Assembly (NCBI GenBank): GCA_951406725.2 | Contig: OX597814.1 | Coordinates: 212,102,001 to 212,166,000, forward strand | Direction of reading: 5' to 3' | Origin: Octopus vulgaris | Lineage: Eukaryota | DNA: 64,000 bases | Part shown: positions 14,390 through 29,646 of the stretch, one piece after another | Numbering within the stretch: the stretch's first letter is position 1 | How the letters are laid out: the number at the start of each line of letters is the position of its first letter | Notes under the pieces: model-generated | What the model was told of the DNA's origin: nothing | The model's input: the letters and a program-made list of their open reading frames with translations, nothing else | Databases searched by the model: none | Translations under genes and position numbers: made by a program

Positions 14390-15146
14390 GGGTCACACTG
14401 CCACATGGTGCGTTTTTGGTTTACATTGCTTCCCTCGTCGTCGCTTTCCGCGAAGGCTGAAATGAAGGAACAGCGCGCTTCCATAAAATTATGTTTCCCG
14501 TTGGGGAAAATGGCATCCGTAAAAGCTGTCACGCTTAGATTACAAGGACGCTACCGTGAGCGAAACACAAGATTCCATTTGGTTTCACGTTTTAGGTATA
14601 GTCAAATATCGCTTGAAGACCAACCTCGTTCAGCACGACCGTCAATCTCCCGTACGAATGACAACATCATGAAAGTTTCCGCCACCAAACAATTCACAAA
14701 CTTGTAGATATCACTGATGTGACCAGGAGATCCCGCCAACGAATTTTGAGCGAGGAATTGTGAATGAAAAGAGTTAAAGCCAAATTTGTGCTTCTCTTGG
14801 TCGCGGAAGATCAGAAGCTGTCAAAACTGAATGCGTGTTGTGAACTGAAAGAACAGTTGTAAGTTGATCCGCACTATTTTTTTGAAATTCACCACTTATG
14901 ACGAAAGCTGATTCTACGGAATTTGCAGTGGTAGAGGAGGGAAAGAAAAAGACAACCGAATCATGACAAGGCACCACTCCTCGAGAGTTCCAGTACTACA
15001 GTACTGTTTTGTATAGAAAACGCGTTTCGACCAATGCATTATTTTAAATGGAGAATACTTTGAAGACGATAAAAGTGTAAACATGTACATCTAAGTGAAG
15101 AAAGTAATATCGCAAACTTCATGTTTCTTTTGGGTACCGCCTCATA
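14390..15146 (+). mobile_element. Internally deleted mariner of a second subfamily
   Basis: MKEQRASIKLCFPLGK..SLEDQPRSARPSISRT (mariner HTH region). TIR-like end cttttgggtaccgcctcata near 15127-15146. Left boundary approximate. Confidence 0.75.
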
Positions 15147-16280
15147 TATATATATGTGCGTGTGTGTGTGCGTGATGGTATTTTAATAATACTATCTCTA
15201 TATTTATATATATATATATATACATCTCAGAAACAAAATTGTCCATCATATGAGTGTGTTATGGGCAGAAATGACAGGCATACATATACGCTTCGATAAT
15301 TATTTTTTATATTTATTTAAATCCGAAATATTTATATATTAGCCAAATATTTTAAAATCGCGTATGTGAATTGTAATCTGCAAACCACTGAAAGTTTTAT
15401 TTCATAGTAGTTTTGGATAGTAAACAATAGTGAAACCCTGAGGCAATGTCAGGATTGTAACCCTGAGCTCTCAAATACCAATGGCCCATTAATGAATTAA
15501 CAACATAAGGCTAATATATCGTTACTATATCACACCATTTATGTATCAATATCATCTGCTGGATTTTGTACATTGATGAGCATTACATTCACATTACATC
15601 AATTTTAGATAGGTAAGTGTGGTTAACATTTATTAAGTGGATTTGCGAAGGATACCACTCATTAACGGTGACATAGCACTTGACGTTGATACGCTGCTGT
15701 TAGATGCAGAAGGAATGGAATCAATTTTCCAGCAACCTGGCTGACAAGTATATAAAAATAATGAGGATAGAATTTACTTTGGAAGTATCGGGATCATTAA
15801 TTCTGAAATGCTAGTTTGCAAGAATGCAAGCTAGCATGTCAAAAGCTTTTCTCTGCATGGCTTCTCAATACCCCGAGGAATGGGAACTCTATGTCATTAA
15901 CCATTATCGAATTTTATTAAACATCTCAGTAAAAATCTATATATTATCTAAATATTTACAAACGCAAATGTATTTTGTTATTAATGTTAAGTGACTTATG
16001 GTGCGTTCTACGTTTAAAGAAATCTAGACAGTAGATGATGGTTTTATATATGCTTTTAATATTCTTTATACCCATAAGACTATGTGTTAGAAACAGAGTA
16101 ATTAGTAAGTACATTCGCACACTCTGTAATAGGATTCTTACGCAACTATATGTAGATTAGCGGCGGCAAAATGATGATAACTCTGTTATATTTCAAGTAA
16201 GTAGTTTTGTAATGTTGCTAATATCTTGAATAGTAAAACTCTCTCTCAGAAAAGGATACATATATAAATTTCACACACAG

Positions 16281-16352
<72 letters not shown>

Positions 16353-16421
16353 CAATTTGGCTGCTATTTCTAATATTTTCGGTATGTGGTTTTGAGCAAC
16401 TTGTTGCAATTAACCCTTAAT

Positions 16422-16464
<43 letters not shown>

Positions 16465-17362
16465 TGAGCCACAAAAAACGTCGCACATATGCTAAATATA
16501 GATGAAGGTAACAAAGAGAGGAATTATCAGTGGTCTTTTATTCATACCTACTACGGAATTATTCCTCCGAGAAAATACTAAATATAGAAACTGTTAGTAG
16601 TTAATTTTAAAAATATTTTTTTATACGAACTAATTTAAATAGATAAGAGAGTTGTTGTATTGAAGATGTAATTGTTTATATATTTCTTTCTGCCGTTATA
16701 CGAAGGAGAACACTTGGATACTTCATGATATACATTTATACATACACACATATTTTATTGTTGTGCATTGTGATGACAAGTGACTATCGTGAACATGAAA
16801 GGGTTTCAATTGGTATATGTTTGAGATATAATGAAGTGAATTTCGATGGTTGTGGATTGCACTTACTTGATTGTATCGTCCGTTAAAGTGTTTTTGTTGT
16901 TTTTTCAATTTTAATTGATGTATGATTGAATAGTTAACGCTCACGCTCATAACACAGACATTTGAATTCATTTTTTTACAATCCAGCCGTCCTTTCACAC
17001 GGAATTTCGTCTTTTTCTAAAGCCAAAGGCCTTGAAGTAACTATTTCTATAATGGAACTGTGATTAATTATATCAGAAAAAATATATATATATAAGTCGA
17101 AACAATGTGGTGGCCTTTTATGGTTTTTATTATTATTTATGATATATAATATTATGCTATGTTTTATATTATATTCATAGTATTTAATGTAATATTGTAA
17201 TATAAATAGATCATTGAATTGTCAAATGAATATCTCTATATATAATTCATACCAAAATTTATATGGTATCCAACTGACGTACCTGTGAATTGGAAGTTTA
17301 ACACCCCACTTTGAAGGATTTCTTTTCCTCAGTTTGTTATTATATATATAGATAGATAGATG

Positions 17363-17403
<41 letters not shown>

Positions 17404-17416
17404 GCGCGTGTCTTTT

Positions 17417-17497
<81 letters not shown>

Positions 17498-17502
17498 TTC
17501 AA

Positions 17503-17653
17503 TAGGCACAGGTGTACCTGTGTTATAAGAAACTTGCTTCGCAAAAAATGGGTTCAATCTCATAGCGTTGCCATTTGGCGAAGTCTCTTCTATATAACCA
17601 CGGGCCGCCCTTGTGAGTGGATTTGGTAGATAGAAACTGAAAGAAACCCGTCG
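17503..17653 (+). mobile_element. Degenerate tRNA-derived SINE (same family as 38830-39250)
   Basis: ccttgtgagtggatttggtagatagaaactgaaagaaacccgtcg matches the reverse complement of 39088-39130. Confidence 0.7.
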
Positions 17654-17661
17654 TATATATG

Positions 17662-17693
<32 letters not shown>

Positions 17694-18016
17694 ATTGTTA
17701 AAGAGGGCGACAAACGTTAATGCGAGACAAAGATGTCAAGTCATAAACGTTATTACTATTGGAAAAATTCAGTTGTCTGTTTCTGGGATATCCCAGAGTA
17801 TGGGATATTGCGTTATCGGAGACAAATAGGGAAAATGAGTTAGGCTTGCAATAGCTAGCCTTTTTGGTCAAACTATCGTATCGCCGAGTGTTTGAGATGC
17901 CAAGATATGAAAAATTGCGAATGTGTAGCACACCGGTTTTCTTATGGAATGGTGAAACTATTCGTTCCCTGAAACAGCAACGTTTTTTACTTACAACAAT
18001 GTAAATAAATATTAAT

Positions 18017-18083
18017 ATGCACATACATATATACACATATAAACTCACACGTATATATACATATATGTATGTATATACATACT

Positions 18084-18116
<33 letters not shown>

Positions 18117-18129
18117 GTATATGTATATA

Positions 18130-18216
<87 letters not shown>

Positions 18217-18231
18217 ATATATATATGTATA

Positions 18232-18276
<45 letters not shown>

Positions 18277-18291
18277 ATATATATATGTATA

Positions 18292-18334
<43 letters not shown>

Positions 18335-18351
18335 ATATATATGTATATAAT

Positions 18352-18396
<45 letters not shown>

Positions 18397-18551
18397 ATAT
18401 ATATATAAATATATATATGTGTATCTATATATATATATATATATATGTGTATATATATATGTGTGTATATATATATATGTATGTATATATATATATGTAT
18501 ATATATATGTATACATATATATATATATGTATATATATGTATATATATATG

Positions 18552-18585
<34 letters not shown>

Positions 18586-18600
18586 TGTATATATATATGT

Positions 18601-18694
<94 letters not shown>
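18017..18694. repeat. Long compound (TA)n/(TATG) microsatellite
   Basis: Directly visible, about 680 bp. Source of the poly-IY ORFs. Confidence 0.97.
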
Positions 18695-18764
18695 GTGTAC
18701 AGGTATGCAGACATGCTTAATATATTAATATATCACACAATGTATGCCAGCTAGATCTAATAAG

Positions 18765-18958
18765 CGTAAGCCTACGAGTACCGGGCGAAATACTCAGCGT
18801 TATTTCCTCCGTCCTTATGTTCTGAATTAATATTCCACCGACGTTGCCTTTTATCCTTTCGGGTTCGAGTAAATAATTACAACTTAAACACTGGGGTTGA
18901 TGTAATCGACTTACCCATCGAAGGGAATTTCTAGCCTTGTGCCAAACTTCAAATACCA
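18765..18958 (+). mobile_element. Degenerate SINE (family of 58670-58898)
   Basis: ccgggcgaaatac..gccttttatcctttcgggttcga..cactggggttgatgtaatcgactta matches the 58670 copy. Confidence 0.7.
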
Positions 18959-19485
18959 ATATGTTTCACAATTTACAGCATATAGCCGAGAGGTAATTGG
19001 TTTCTGAATATTAACTTTGGTCGTTACTAACAAAATCGCTTTAGGAAGTGCAATTACAAATTATTAAATATAGACCTAAAGATGTTTTCGAAATGGTCAT
19101 TTTATTTGTAATATACTCTATTTGATATTTGATCCGTTTAATTAATGAATAAAGTTTGATACTTCACTCTTCTGTACACCAAAATGTTATATCCGAATAT
19201 ATGAATCTGTTACAAATATAATTTTTTTTTTCTCGAATTCCTATATTTCAAATATAATTCATATCTTCTAAATTCTATTCACATTGTTCCCATTAAGTGT
19301 TATATCTATTTATCAAGAACATCTGCAGTGAGAATGCAATATCAATAATATAAATATTTGGGGTTAATTACATTTGAAATTACAACGGACAAATATGTGA
19401 AAAGTGCATCTAGTCACAACAGCAAGATAACATGTTGGAAGTCAAATGTCTTTCCTCACAGCTCTATGTTACGTTCTCATTTCGA

Positions 19486-19542
<57 letters not shown>

Positions 19543-19545
<3 letters not shown>

Positions 19546-19751
19546 TAGTTTTATTTTTATAGCGTGCTTTCACTTCACTACCGAGCGCAGCTCTGTGTGC
19601 CTTGGGTATGTGCTGTGATTTGTTGTGATGCTCTGATGGTTATTGTATGGAAAGTGTTCTGCGTAGGATGTGTGCAGTGCCTAGTAGTGCAATTTTCTGT
19701 ATGTTATATGTGTTTGTAAGTCCTGGTGTTTTTGTTATGTATTTGTCTGAA

Positions 19752-19755
<4 letters not shown>
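19543..19755 (-). mobile_element. Very short 5'-truncated copy of Dong-like lineage B
   Basis: Appears identical to 6793-7005. Flanked by (TAT)n at 19486-19542 and 19752-19933. Confidence 0.93.
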
Positions 19756-19823
<68 letters not shown>

Positions 19824-19827
19824 CATT

Positions 19828-19874
<47 letters not shown>

Positions 19875-19878
19875 CATT

Positions 19879-19934
<56 letters not shown>

Positions 19935-22900
19935 TCTAGTACATACTAATTTAATTAACTTGGATTCTATCTTCATATTTGGCGACAACAAATCTCACTT
20001 CTTGACAATTTTCTTTAGGAGTCTTGAAGAATATATGATGGTACTTTTCTGCGGGTCGAAAATGTGTGTTCCATTTCGAACCTGATTCAGTCTTTTATGT
20101 AGCATTTGGGTGTTGCATGATGCTCACAGCATAGACTTTATTAAAATCACTATCGTTTCATTCTATCAAGAAATTCGTTAATTTAAATATTAACTATAAT
20201 GCTCTTTAGTTGAAAGTCAGTTGTGCTATCACTTAAACTATAAATTGTATTCGAAATCCTCAATGTTCTCCATATATTGTCCATATATCAACATTTTGTT
20301 ATTATAATGAAATAATTAATCATTTGCATTAAGGAAAATTGATCATGCCTTATAACATTTACAGTGTTATCCTTCGGCTTTTACAGGTTGAATTGGATGA
20401 TTACTAAAACGATAGATTCATTACAATTCTAAACAAAATCTGAATACAAATTAAGTAGAATCTATATTTTTTGAAGCAAAACTATATACTAGAGATTTTC
20501 ATTGGAGAAGCATGGAGGAAATATTTCGAATTTCTTTAAAATTTTGCAGAATATTTTCGGTAATTTGATTTATGCTGACTATTAAATAAAGCGGTAATGT
20601 CAATTTTTTTTTTTTTTTGTGATTCATAAATTAAACACTATTTCAACATGTTCCAATATGTTTGCCATTATTTCGTGATATACTTCTAATTAATAGCATT
20701 CTTTATTGTTTAAACAAATAGCAAGTCATTTGACAATAATACTTTCTGAAATAATTTTTTAATCAAGTGAATGAATTGGTCACAAACAAAATGTCTATTA
20801 TCTGCTTTTTTAATATTATGTGCAATATAATGATGATCATGAGGAGGATATATGTATCAACATTTCGTTGACAATAAGAAGCAGCGGGCACTCAAGAAAT
20901 ATTTATTAGTGATTTTTTTGATAAATACAAATGTTTCAATTTAACATTATGTTAATTAATTTAATAGAAATACAAGAGGAATGCAGTATCACATCAGTGC
21001 AATTAGTTTCTTATCCATATATAATAAATAATTAAAATATTGACAAATCCAAGTTAATGAGTTATAATCACTTTTGAAAGTGCTAAATATTTAGAGTGTG
21101 AAATCTGTCAAGTTTTCTGTTTTTTATATGTTAGCCATTGTATGAATAAAATATGTGTTAGCCAAAATAAAATGAATTAGGTCGGGAACCTGAATGGCTA
21201 CGTTAAAATATGCTAAAGTAATTAATAATTTTAATTTTTTTCATTCAACTCAACATGGAACACGAAACGTGAAAACTCATTCTTTAAACAAAAGTGACAG
21301 TTGGTATTCTCATACTGTCATGATCTCTGTGGCTCATTCTGCATCAGAAATAATAGTTCGTTAAAGTCATACAAATGAGCAACAGAACAGTATGTTCCTC
21401 GAATTATTTTCGAACTTGTTCCTACCTATATTTATATATTGCGGAATATTATTATCTTTTATGCACAGTATTTTCTTGGGACGGATATCCAATCAAGTGA
21501 AGTCAGGAAGAGTTTACAATCTTATTGCGAACTCATAGAGGCGACAATTTTAGCTTCACTGTTTATTTTATCCAAGCAGAAGCTTGTGGTTATACTTTGT
21601 TATACTTTGCTTTAAAATGTGAAGCGCGAAATAACCATTCATTCTTTGTTCATTCACTGGAGTCCTCTCACCCATACTCTCTAATACAGGTATCGTTGTG
21701 GAAGCTGTCTTACGCACCCCTCTCTTTCCGTCTCTCCCTCTCACTCTATCTCTCGCTGTTTCTGTGTATAACATTTTTATTCTCTCGATTGGCTGACAAA
21801 ATACATTTTGCATTAGACGTAACAGAACACGGCCTACAAGTTTATATTTCTCTTTATGGCTGGCTTATTTAATTTCAGTACTGTTCTATCCCAGACGCAC
21901 GACAACATCGAGAATATGTATATTTTCCCTCACTCATTTCTGCTAAGTAAATTATATAATTAACTTTAAAATTGTCATACACGAAAATATAATGTGTGTG
22001 TGTGTGTGACAGAGAGACAGTGTGTGAGTTGGTATGTGTGTGTGTGTCTTTGTGTATGTGCGTGTCTTTCAAAGTCTATGAAGTTTACTTGAAATGTAGA
22101 TGTGATTAAATAAAAATTCAAAATGTTTTAAAAACCTTTATGAGGGTGTTGCTTACCTTTTTTAGGAAGAAGTTTATTCTAGTGTATGAGCAATTTCGTT
22201 AAATCGTTTCGAGCACCCGTGCTCTTAAAGAGGAGGTTGTTACTTTTGCGATAGTCGAAGAATCTTTCCAGTTTATTTTCGGACTTTCGGTGTTGCTCAT
22301 AAATATTCCTTTACCATTGTTTATTATTTGGAGTGTTGGCTACTTTCAGTTTAATTTCGGATTTAGAATTCTTATACAGTATTCTTCTTTTGCCTTTCGT
22401 AGTTGAACACTTTCATTGTCTATTTTGTAAAATGGGAATATTTTAATTTCGTTTTTTGATTTGGTTTGCAAGAATCTTTATGTGAGTTCATGTGTTGAAG
22501 CATATTCTGTTGTGTCTGGGGAGAGTCATTTTGTTTTTCTGCCTTATAATTTAACACACTCACTGGTAACATTTCCACTTATTCCTCATTTTTTTTCGTT
22601 GCGTCTTGCAACCTTTTCAATTGTCTTTACTAGTCGTTTAACAGCATTATAGCATTATATCATTTTGTGTACAATTGCTGGTTATTGAGTTGTTCTCAGA
22701 CCATTTCTCTCTAATGGGTTGTCCATTATTACAAAGGCACCTGCTTGTGGACATTATAATATATTTTTTCATATTCTGTAAACTCTTGTTCGAGTTAGCA
22801 AAGCAATTCAGGCATATTATATATCCTCCAGGTGTTTGTTTCTGTTTATCGGTGGTTTAGAACCGGTTTTGCTCTGCACAAGCGATGGATCATTGTTGTG

Positions 22901-23201
22901 AGTGTTTTGAAAGAATTCCCGTAGGCAAAGTTTTCTTCAAAATTCCTCGGCATCATTTATAGTCTCTGTTGAATTGAATTTAGGTGTTGGTGTGACTTTT
23001 AGAGCATATTCTAGAATGTTTACTTCACTTTCTATAAGATTCCGTATGTATGCATACACGTATGCATTCATGTATATATGTATTATGTACGCACGTACAT
23101 ATGTGTGAATGTGTATCATATGTATACATAAATGTATGCATATATATATATGTATGTATTATGTACACACACACACACACAAACACACACAGACACGCAC
23201 G

Positions 23202-23234
<33 letters not shown>

Positions 23235-23237
23235 GCG

Positions 23238-23326
<89 letters not shown>

Positions 23327-23444
23327 GTATATGCATGAATGTTTGATTGCGTACAATGCTTTTCTTTTTGTGACTGGTGTTTGACAGGTTCTGGTTAATT
23401 TGATAATTAACAAGTTTATAAATGTTGCGATTTTACTTTAGATG

Positions 23445-24639
23445 TACCTGTTGTCTGAGACTTTCATTGACTGACCAACTTACGCTCGTGTAATGTGAGC
23501 AAATGAAGTTTAATTTTCAACATAGTTTCCGTTGTGGTCCACATATTCCTTGCATTGATGTTGCAGTATTGGATCCAAAAGGGGAAGTCGCTTTTATCCT
23601 GTTGATGACAAATTATCCACATCAGATATGATGTAATCCCCATTGCGATAATCGTCACCAGCCAAGTGCTGTCTTGCTAATGTTGCGGAATAAATGATTG
23701 TCAGGTGTGACAATCAGAGAAAAAGGGAGACTGAGCAGTCAATTGAATATCACAGTCACGCAGTCATGCACAACAGCCATTGAACCAAGAACCTATGTGT
23801 GTTTGAGGATTGTGGTGACGAAACAAAACATCTTTCGTCAGTTAATTAATCTGGGTGTTTGCTCTTGATAGCCTTTCGTAACTACCTCAAGTTAGCATGA
23901 TACCTTCTATTGGTGATATAGTGTGTTTGAAGGTAGTTAATAAACATAGTGTCATTTGAATCTCAAAACGTTTATGCCATTACCTGTTCTGGAGCAGGCG
24001 ACGAGGAATGTTTCCACTGCATGCGTAGTATCTTTTTCTCTGGGTCATGATAGTAAACCCACCGCTCATCCTGGCTTCAGGAACGTCCAGGAAAACCAGC
24101 TTTTATTTAGGTGTCAAAAGAAGAGGCACCCACCAAACAGAAATCTTCATGATGCCAAGTTAATTGTACAGAATATCTTTTGACATTTCACGGGATATGC
24201 TTAAATATTGGCTATTTGATTTATAGTCAACAACCGGTCATCCATCACCGGTCAATGTTTTCCACATCGGAGATATTTTGTAGGAGGCCCAGACTTTGGA
24301 TCATCTCCAAGACTCTGCCTCCTTCTCCTAAATGCAACTGCCCTCTTTTGCACGGTTGATAAAGCTGGAGTGCCATCTGCTAACATGACAAAAATTTCAG
24401 TATGAATGTCCTTGGCAGCTATAGCCATTTTTCTGTAGGTGATTGATAAAACAAGGAGGCCAAATGCTGTCCATTTTCGAGAAAGTCTCTACCAGTTATA
24501 TTTGATGTCTTCTTGGAACAGTCAGATGTCATTTTGCCTGGACAGAAACAATGCAGTTATTATTAAGCGAAGTAGAAATTAATGTATGCAAAATTTCACA
24601 GTTGTTGCATCACTTCTTCAAAGTTAGCCTAGCCTCGTA
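23445..24639 (-). mobile_element. Near full-length degenerate mariner transposon (third subfamily)
   Basis: Minus strand starts tacgaggc (TIR-like) at 24639. Frames give AAKDIHTEI..PALSTVQK..RRRRQSLGDDPKSGPPT, QDERWVYYHDPEK and a C-terminal VDHNGNYVEN* near 23512. Confidence 0.8.
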
Positions 24640-25268
24640 ATAAAACTAATTTGAATAGTTATACTGGATTCAAGCACACAAATACTTGTTTAAGCTATTG
24701 TCTCTGGGAGCGACCAGTAGTCTTTTTGTTTTACCATATATTTACCAGAATATGTTTTGTTAGTCGCAAAGTATTTCATCCCATATGTAAAGCAACTTAT
24801 TTCTGGCTCTTTTAACTGACATATTGGCTAAGAATATTAGTGAGTACCTTATGTTCATAATCATAAGTATCACTTTCCTCGTATTTAATGTCATATTTTG
24901 ACTTGGTTTATGAAGAGATCCATACCAATTTGCTCTGTCGATTTCAGTAAGCGTGCAGCTTAGTTTACATCTCAAGAATTTCACTCAACTGATTAGGGAG
25001 CGTTTAATATTTCATTCCATTTAATTCAGTATTTTCAGGCCTCAGGATAACTTGCTATCGATGCAGACGATGTTTTTGAAGGAAATCCATTTTCTTTATA
25101 TGAATTCATTTTGCTATACATATATATATATATATATATATTTTTTTTTTCTGTGGTACAGTATATTGTTTGAAGCAAGGTATTGCTACACGTGCGTATC
25201 TATATAGCTATATAATTTCAGCTATGTATGTATATAATTACGTATGTTTTTACGTACATATGGAATGC

Positions 25269-25320
<52 letters not shown>

Positions 25321-25460
25321 CATCTGTGTTTTCTAAAATGGGCGTGAACAACTTTCTCCAGCTGATTGGCTTTAAACTTTAAGAAACTAGAATATTTATC
25401 TACCTCGTGCATGAAACCAATGATAGCCTTAATTCTCAAATAAAGAAATTGTATCCACCG

Positions 25461-25545
25461 ATGCTGTGTTGAGCACTCATTTTTATCGTTCGTCATAAAT
25501 GTATATAAATGTCGAACGATAAAAAAGAGTGCTCAACACAGCATA
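25461..25545. repeat. Hairpin / inverted repeat (~36-bp arms)
   Basis: atgctgtgttgagcactcatttttatcgttcg ... cgaacgataaaaaagagtgctcaacacagcat. Confidence 0.85.
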
Positions 25546-25627
25546 TGTCACTGGTATCATTGAAGTAAGGAAAAATATCAACGACAATGCTAATTTGCAA
25601 TTAGTTTAATTACGTCATCTGTATTAA

Positions 25628-28056
25628 CACTTCGTCTACCAGAGAAAATGTATGTCACTAATCACTAATTACCGACTGTGTCCCATGCTCAATATTTTTC
25701 TTTTAATTAAATTTTATTCAAGTCACCACTATTTGTTAGCTACGGCATATATGCTATCAGGGGAATGAAAATTACTGTTTCGTACAGATTTTAATAAAAT
25801 ACAGCTTACAGAATATACTATAAATTTTAAAAATTACAAAAATACAGAATTACAGTTTTTCACGTCAGTGAATGCAGGCATGGATACTACAATTCTTACA
25901 AGTAGTACGAGTTTCCTTGTCTTTTTTTTTTTTCTTTTTTGGGGTGGGTACACAAAGAACATCTTCCATTTTCCTTTGGCTGAAGAGGTTGACGACCGTC
26001 TTCTTTTCTTGTTTGGTTGAGAAAATTTAACGGAATTAGAATATTGTTGTGTATCGTGTTTTTATTTACCATTAACTCCAGCAAGTTCCTTTCCTAACTG
26101 AATTAAGCACTCTTTTCTTTCACCCTTTAAACTTTGTAAGTGAAGATGTTTATAAACAATGAAGGCATTCACTCTACTTATATCAATCATGTTGTAGAAT
26201 ATAACCATAGGCCACCTTCGAGTCATTCATTAGCAAGTATTTTTCCATACCATCTTATATAGGGTATCTACTACTCCTTTTGTTTTGTTGTAACATGTAA
26301 TAACTTCAGGTTTATTTTCAGCACATTTTGAATCCTCTGAAGGCAGAGAGTGCATTGTAATCATAAGTGTGACTACGTAATATTTTCTTGGGACAATAAG
26401 ACTGGATCATAGAATTATTTTGAACTACAAATATTGTGCTGTTTATTTCTCTTTCTTTTCCATTTGTGAAAGCACATGGAAGTTGAACGCTATTCTTTCT
26501 AATTGTTCCAACTAAAGTAGCTTTCTTGCTAAGCATGCTTTCTAACCAGTCCTAGACTTGTAAAAAATGATCACAAGTTATCTTGCGACCAGTATGTTCT
26601 AGTTCTTTTACTAGGCCTTCAATACCTCAATTGAACCTTGATTTGTGTCTCTCCCTTTTACTGCATTTTCCAGGCATAAATTGCTTCTCTATCGCATATC
26701 AGCCAAATTTTGATTCCATGTTTCTCTGGATTTGAAGGAATATATACCCGTAATGGGCAGCGCTCTATGAATGAAACTAACTGTTCATCAACTGTCATAC
26801 GTGAACTTGGAACATATCCATCTTGCAAATCCCGATTCCACATTTAAAATACTTCTCTTATGGGATCCAATTTATCATTATTTCTCTTGCACTAGCATCA
26901 TCGAAACGCAGTACTCACAAAATCTGTTGAAATCTTCCTTCGCTCATAATTATGTTGAATATTCGTCGACCATGATCCTGACTCCACAAATGTGTAACAG
27001 TTTCATTGTTAGATTTATAAAAACGTATAAGAATAATCAGTCCAATAAATTTCTTTAGCTCGGAGTGACCAATTACCTTCCATTTATTTTTGTAAACAAC
27101 TTGACCTTTAAAATTTGTCCATTTACGAATTACTTCAAGAAGATTCTGGCGCATAAAGATAGTAAAACATATTTCAATGCTATGACACGACCTTTAAGGA
27201 AAACGGGATACCCATATTCTTGGTGCACATTATTGCAAGATGAAGTTCTTACTGCTGCTTGAGTAAGAACATTAGAATGGCAAACTTCTTCCTTGTCTCT
27301 AGAAACAATCATTACTAATTCATAACTGGTTGTCTTGCAGATAATTGTTGTTCAGTATCATCATCATTTGATGACGCAGAACCTAACCTGTCCAGCACAC
27401 AGTCACTTTCACCATCATCTTCAGATCAATAGAAGGAATCACTACTTTCTTCTTCCCATTCGTCATCTAATTCCAGCAACCTTTTCGATATTTGGTCTTC
27501 ACTCAAGTTTTCACGTCTAGCCATATTGGAAAGCACAACTGAACTATATGAAACTTGATAGCAGACTAAAGGCAGATATTTCTCTCTCACATATTTATAC
27601 TTTCCTGAAAGAATTGCGTCATCACATGGGAGTATTGCATCACTCTGATTGATTGAAGGTGATGCTATACCAAACGAATATACAGGAATATTTTTGTAAT
27701 GTTTCCTATTTTATCAAAAATTCACCAAATAAAGAGAATACAATTTTATTTATTTTATATCTGGTAAATATCTCGGAAAATAATATTTGATACTGCTATT
27801 ATTCTGTTTAGAATGACAAGAGTATTGTCTGAATTTGATTCGAGGGTCCAGTGGACCCATACTGTAATTAATGTATAAAGTGAAATTTTCTAGCTTTTAT
27901 AAACATACGGGAAATTTCCCATTTGACAAATAAATGAGAATGAAGTAGAAATACAAGTCACAAGCAATTAACAGAATCAAATAATATAAACAGTAGGAAA
28001 AGGTAAGTGAAAAAACTGAAATGGGTCCATTGGACCCATTGGTAGACTAAAGGTTG
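25628..28056 (-). mobile_element. Full-length degenerate piggyBac-like transposon (PGBD4-like transposase pseudogene ~27524-25840)
   Basis: TTAA at 25624-27 and 28057-60, with imperfect TIRs (cacttcgtctacca / tggtagactaaaggttg). Frames give an acidic N-terminus MARRENLSEDQI, ELKKFIGLIIL, MTVDEQLVSF..CPLRVYIPSNPEKHGIKIW, TLVGTIRKN and a Cys-rich end GRCSLC. Confidence 0.92.
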
Positions 28057-29389
28057 TTAATGCAATTATATCACGTAAACACAGTGCTGTAATATCTGAG
28101 ACGTGAAAGAAAATTTTAAAGAACAACGTTATGAGTCTTTGTTTCTCAAATTATGATTATAGTTCTATAAGGAGACTTTTAATATGTGTCATCATTGAGG
28201 TAGGGAAAAATTATCAACGACACCGCTAATTTTCAATGAGTTTAATTATGTCATCTATATAAATTAATGCAATTACATCATGTAAACAAAGTCCTGTATT
28301 ATCTGGGACAAGAAACAGAATCGAAGTATACATTGACAGGTATTTCTCAGTGAAGCAAAAAATTGGATTTAAGGATAATTGACTTTTTAAATTTTAGAAA
28401 GAAACTATATTCTAATTAAGCTCAAATGATAGAGCTCACATCGAGGAATTAATAATCTTATTTTCATTTTTTAGATTAAAATTTTCAATTCAATTCAATG
28501 ATAATAATGATTCAATACAAAATTAAAAAATAAAAATATTATTTAGAAATTTATTAAATTTATTATTCAATTTTCAGTAAGGTAAAATCTCAGTTTATTA
28601 ATTGGCACATTATTCATTACCATAATAGCATAGCTCGCAAATACATGGATTATAAAGCTCGAAAAGTACAAGACGAATTATTGAATCTGATAAAGTACAG
28701 AAGAATTTTTTTTTACTTAAAATATTGCAGCTCAGTATAAAACTTGAATGTTAAAAAAAATATTTGGTTTTAATTTACAAAGTAACATTATAAATTTAGA
28801 AGGTACCATCGTTTTGTTAAAATATTGGCACACTAGAATACTTTAAAAAACTGAGAGTCAGAAGTACCAATATAGCTAAAGTTTCATGCAAAGGCGAATA
28901 GTATATGTAGTAGACAAATTCATTATGCAAAAAATAGGCATTGGGTCAAAACTAAAAATGTGAAGACTTAGCAATAACTCAAGCAAATTTCACTGTGAAT
29001 TTGCTGTTACACGTAGATTTTACTGTAAAACATAACTAATTTTTCTCTTATTCTATGTAGTACCATTAATTTTTATAATCTATTTTCGAATTTCTAATTA
29101 TCAATTAATAATATAAAAAACGAATTTTTTAAAGTGCAAAAAATATTTTAAATTAGTTATTTTCAAGTAAAAACAAATTTTTAGTTCCAATAAAAGGTAA
29201 TATTTTTAAATCTAAATATCTTATTTGAAATTTTATCCTTAGCAACACTATTTTAAGTAAAGCTTTTCTTGTTCTGTACTTTGCCACATGTAACAAGTTG
29301 TCTTCAACTTTTCCTAGTGAAATAACTGGTACTTTACTTTTTCAGGTATACAATCTTTAAAATATTTAACTCGTTCGCATTTTTCAACG

Positions 29390-29446
<57 letters not shown>

Positions 29447-29589
29447 GCGTTTATCGCCTCTCAACATGACTCTTCCGTTCGAAGTGACGACAAACATTAC
29501 TTGCCAGTACAGTTGCTGCATTGATCACTCACATAAATTTTAGAACTAGCATCTTTGCTTTTGCAAATTCACCGACTGAATGTCGCTTG

Positions 29590-29646
<57 letters not shown>

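Noticed and set aside
15540-15620. Consensus splice donor AG|GTAAGT at ~15612
   Set aside because: No convincing acceptor or recognisable peptide upstream, and such a match is expected by chance in 64 kb.
18017-18754. Many long ORFs of poly-IY, HT, CV, Y, I or L here and throughout the window
   Set aside because: They are translations of stop-free microsatellites, not genes.
22080-23030. Possible further Penelope/LINE remnant on the minus strand
   Set aside because: Only vague similarity and no diagnostic motif could be read.
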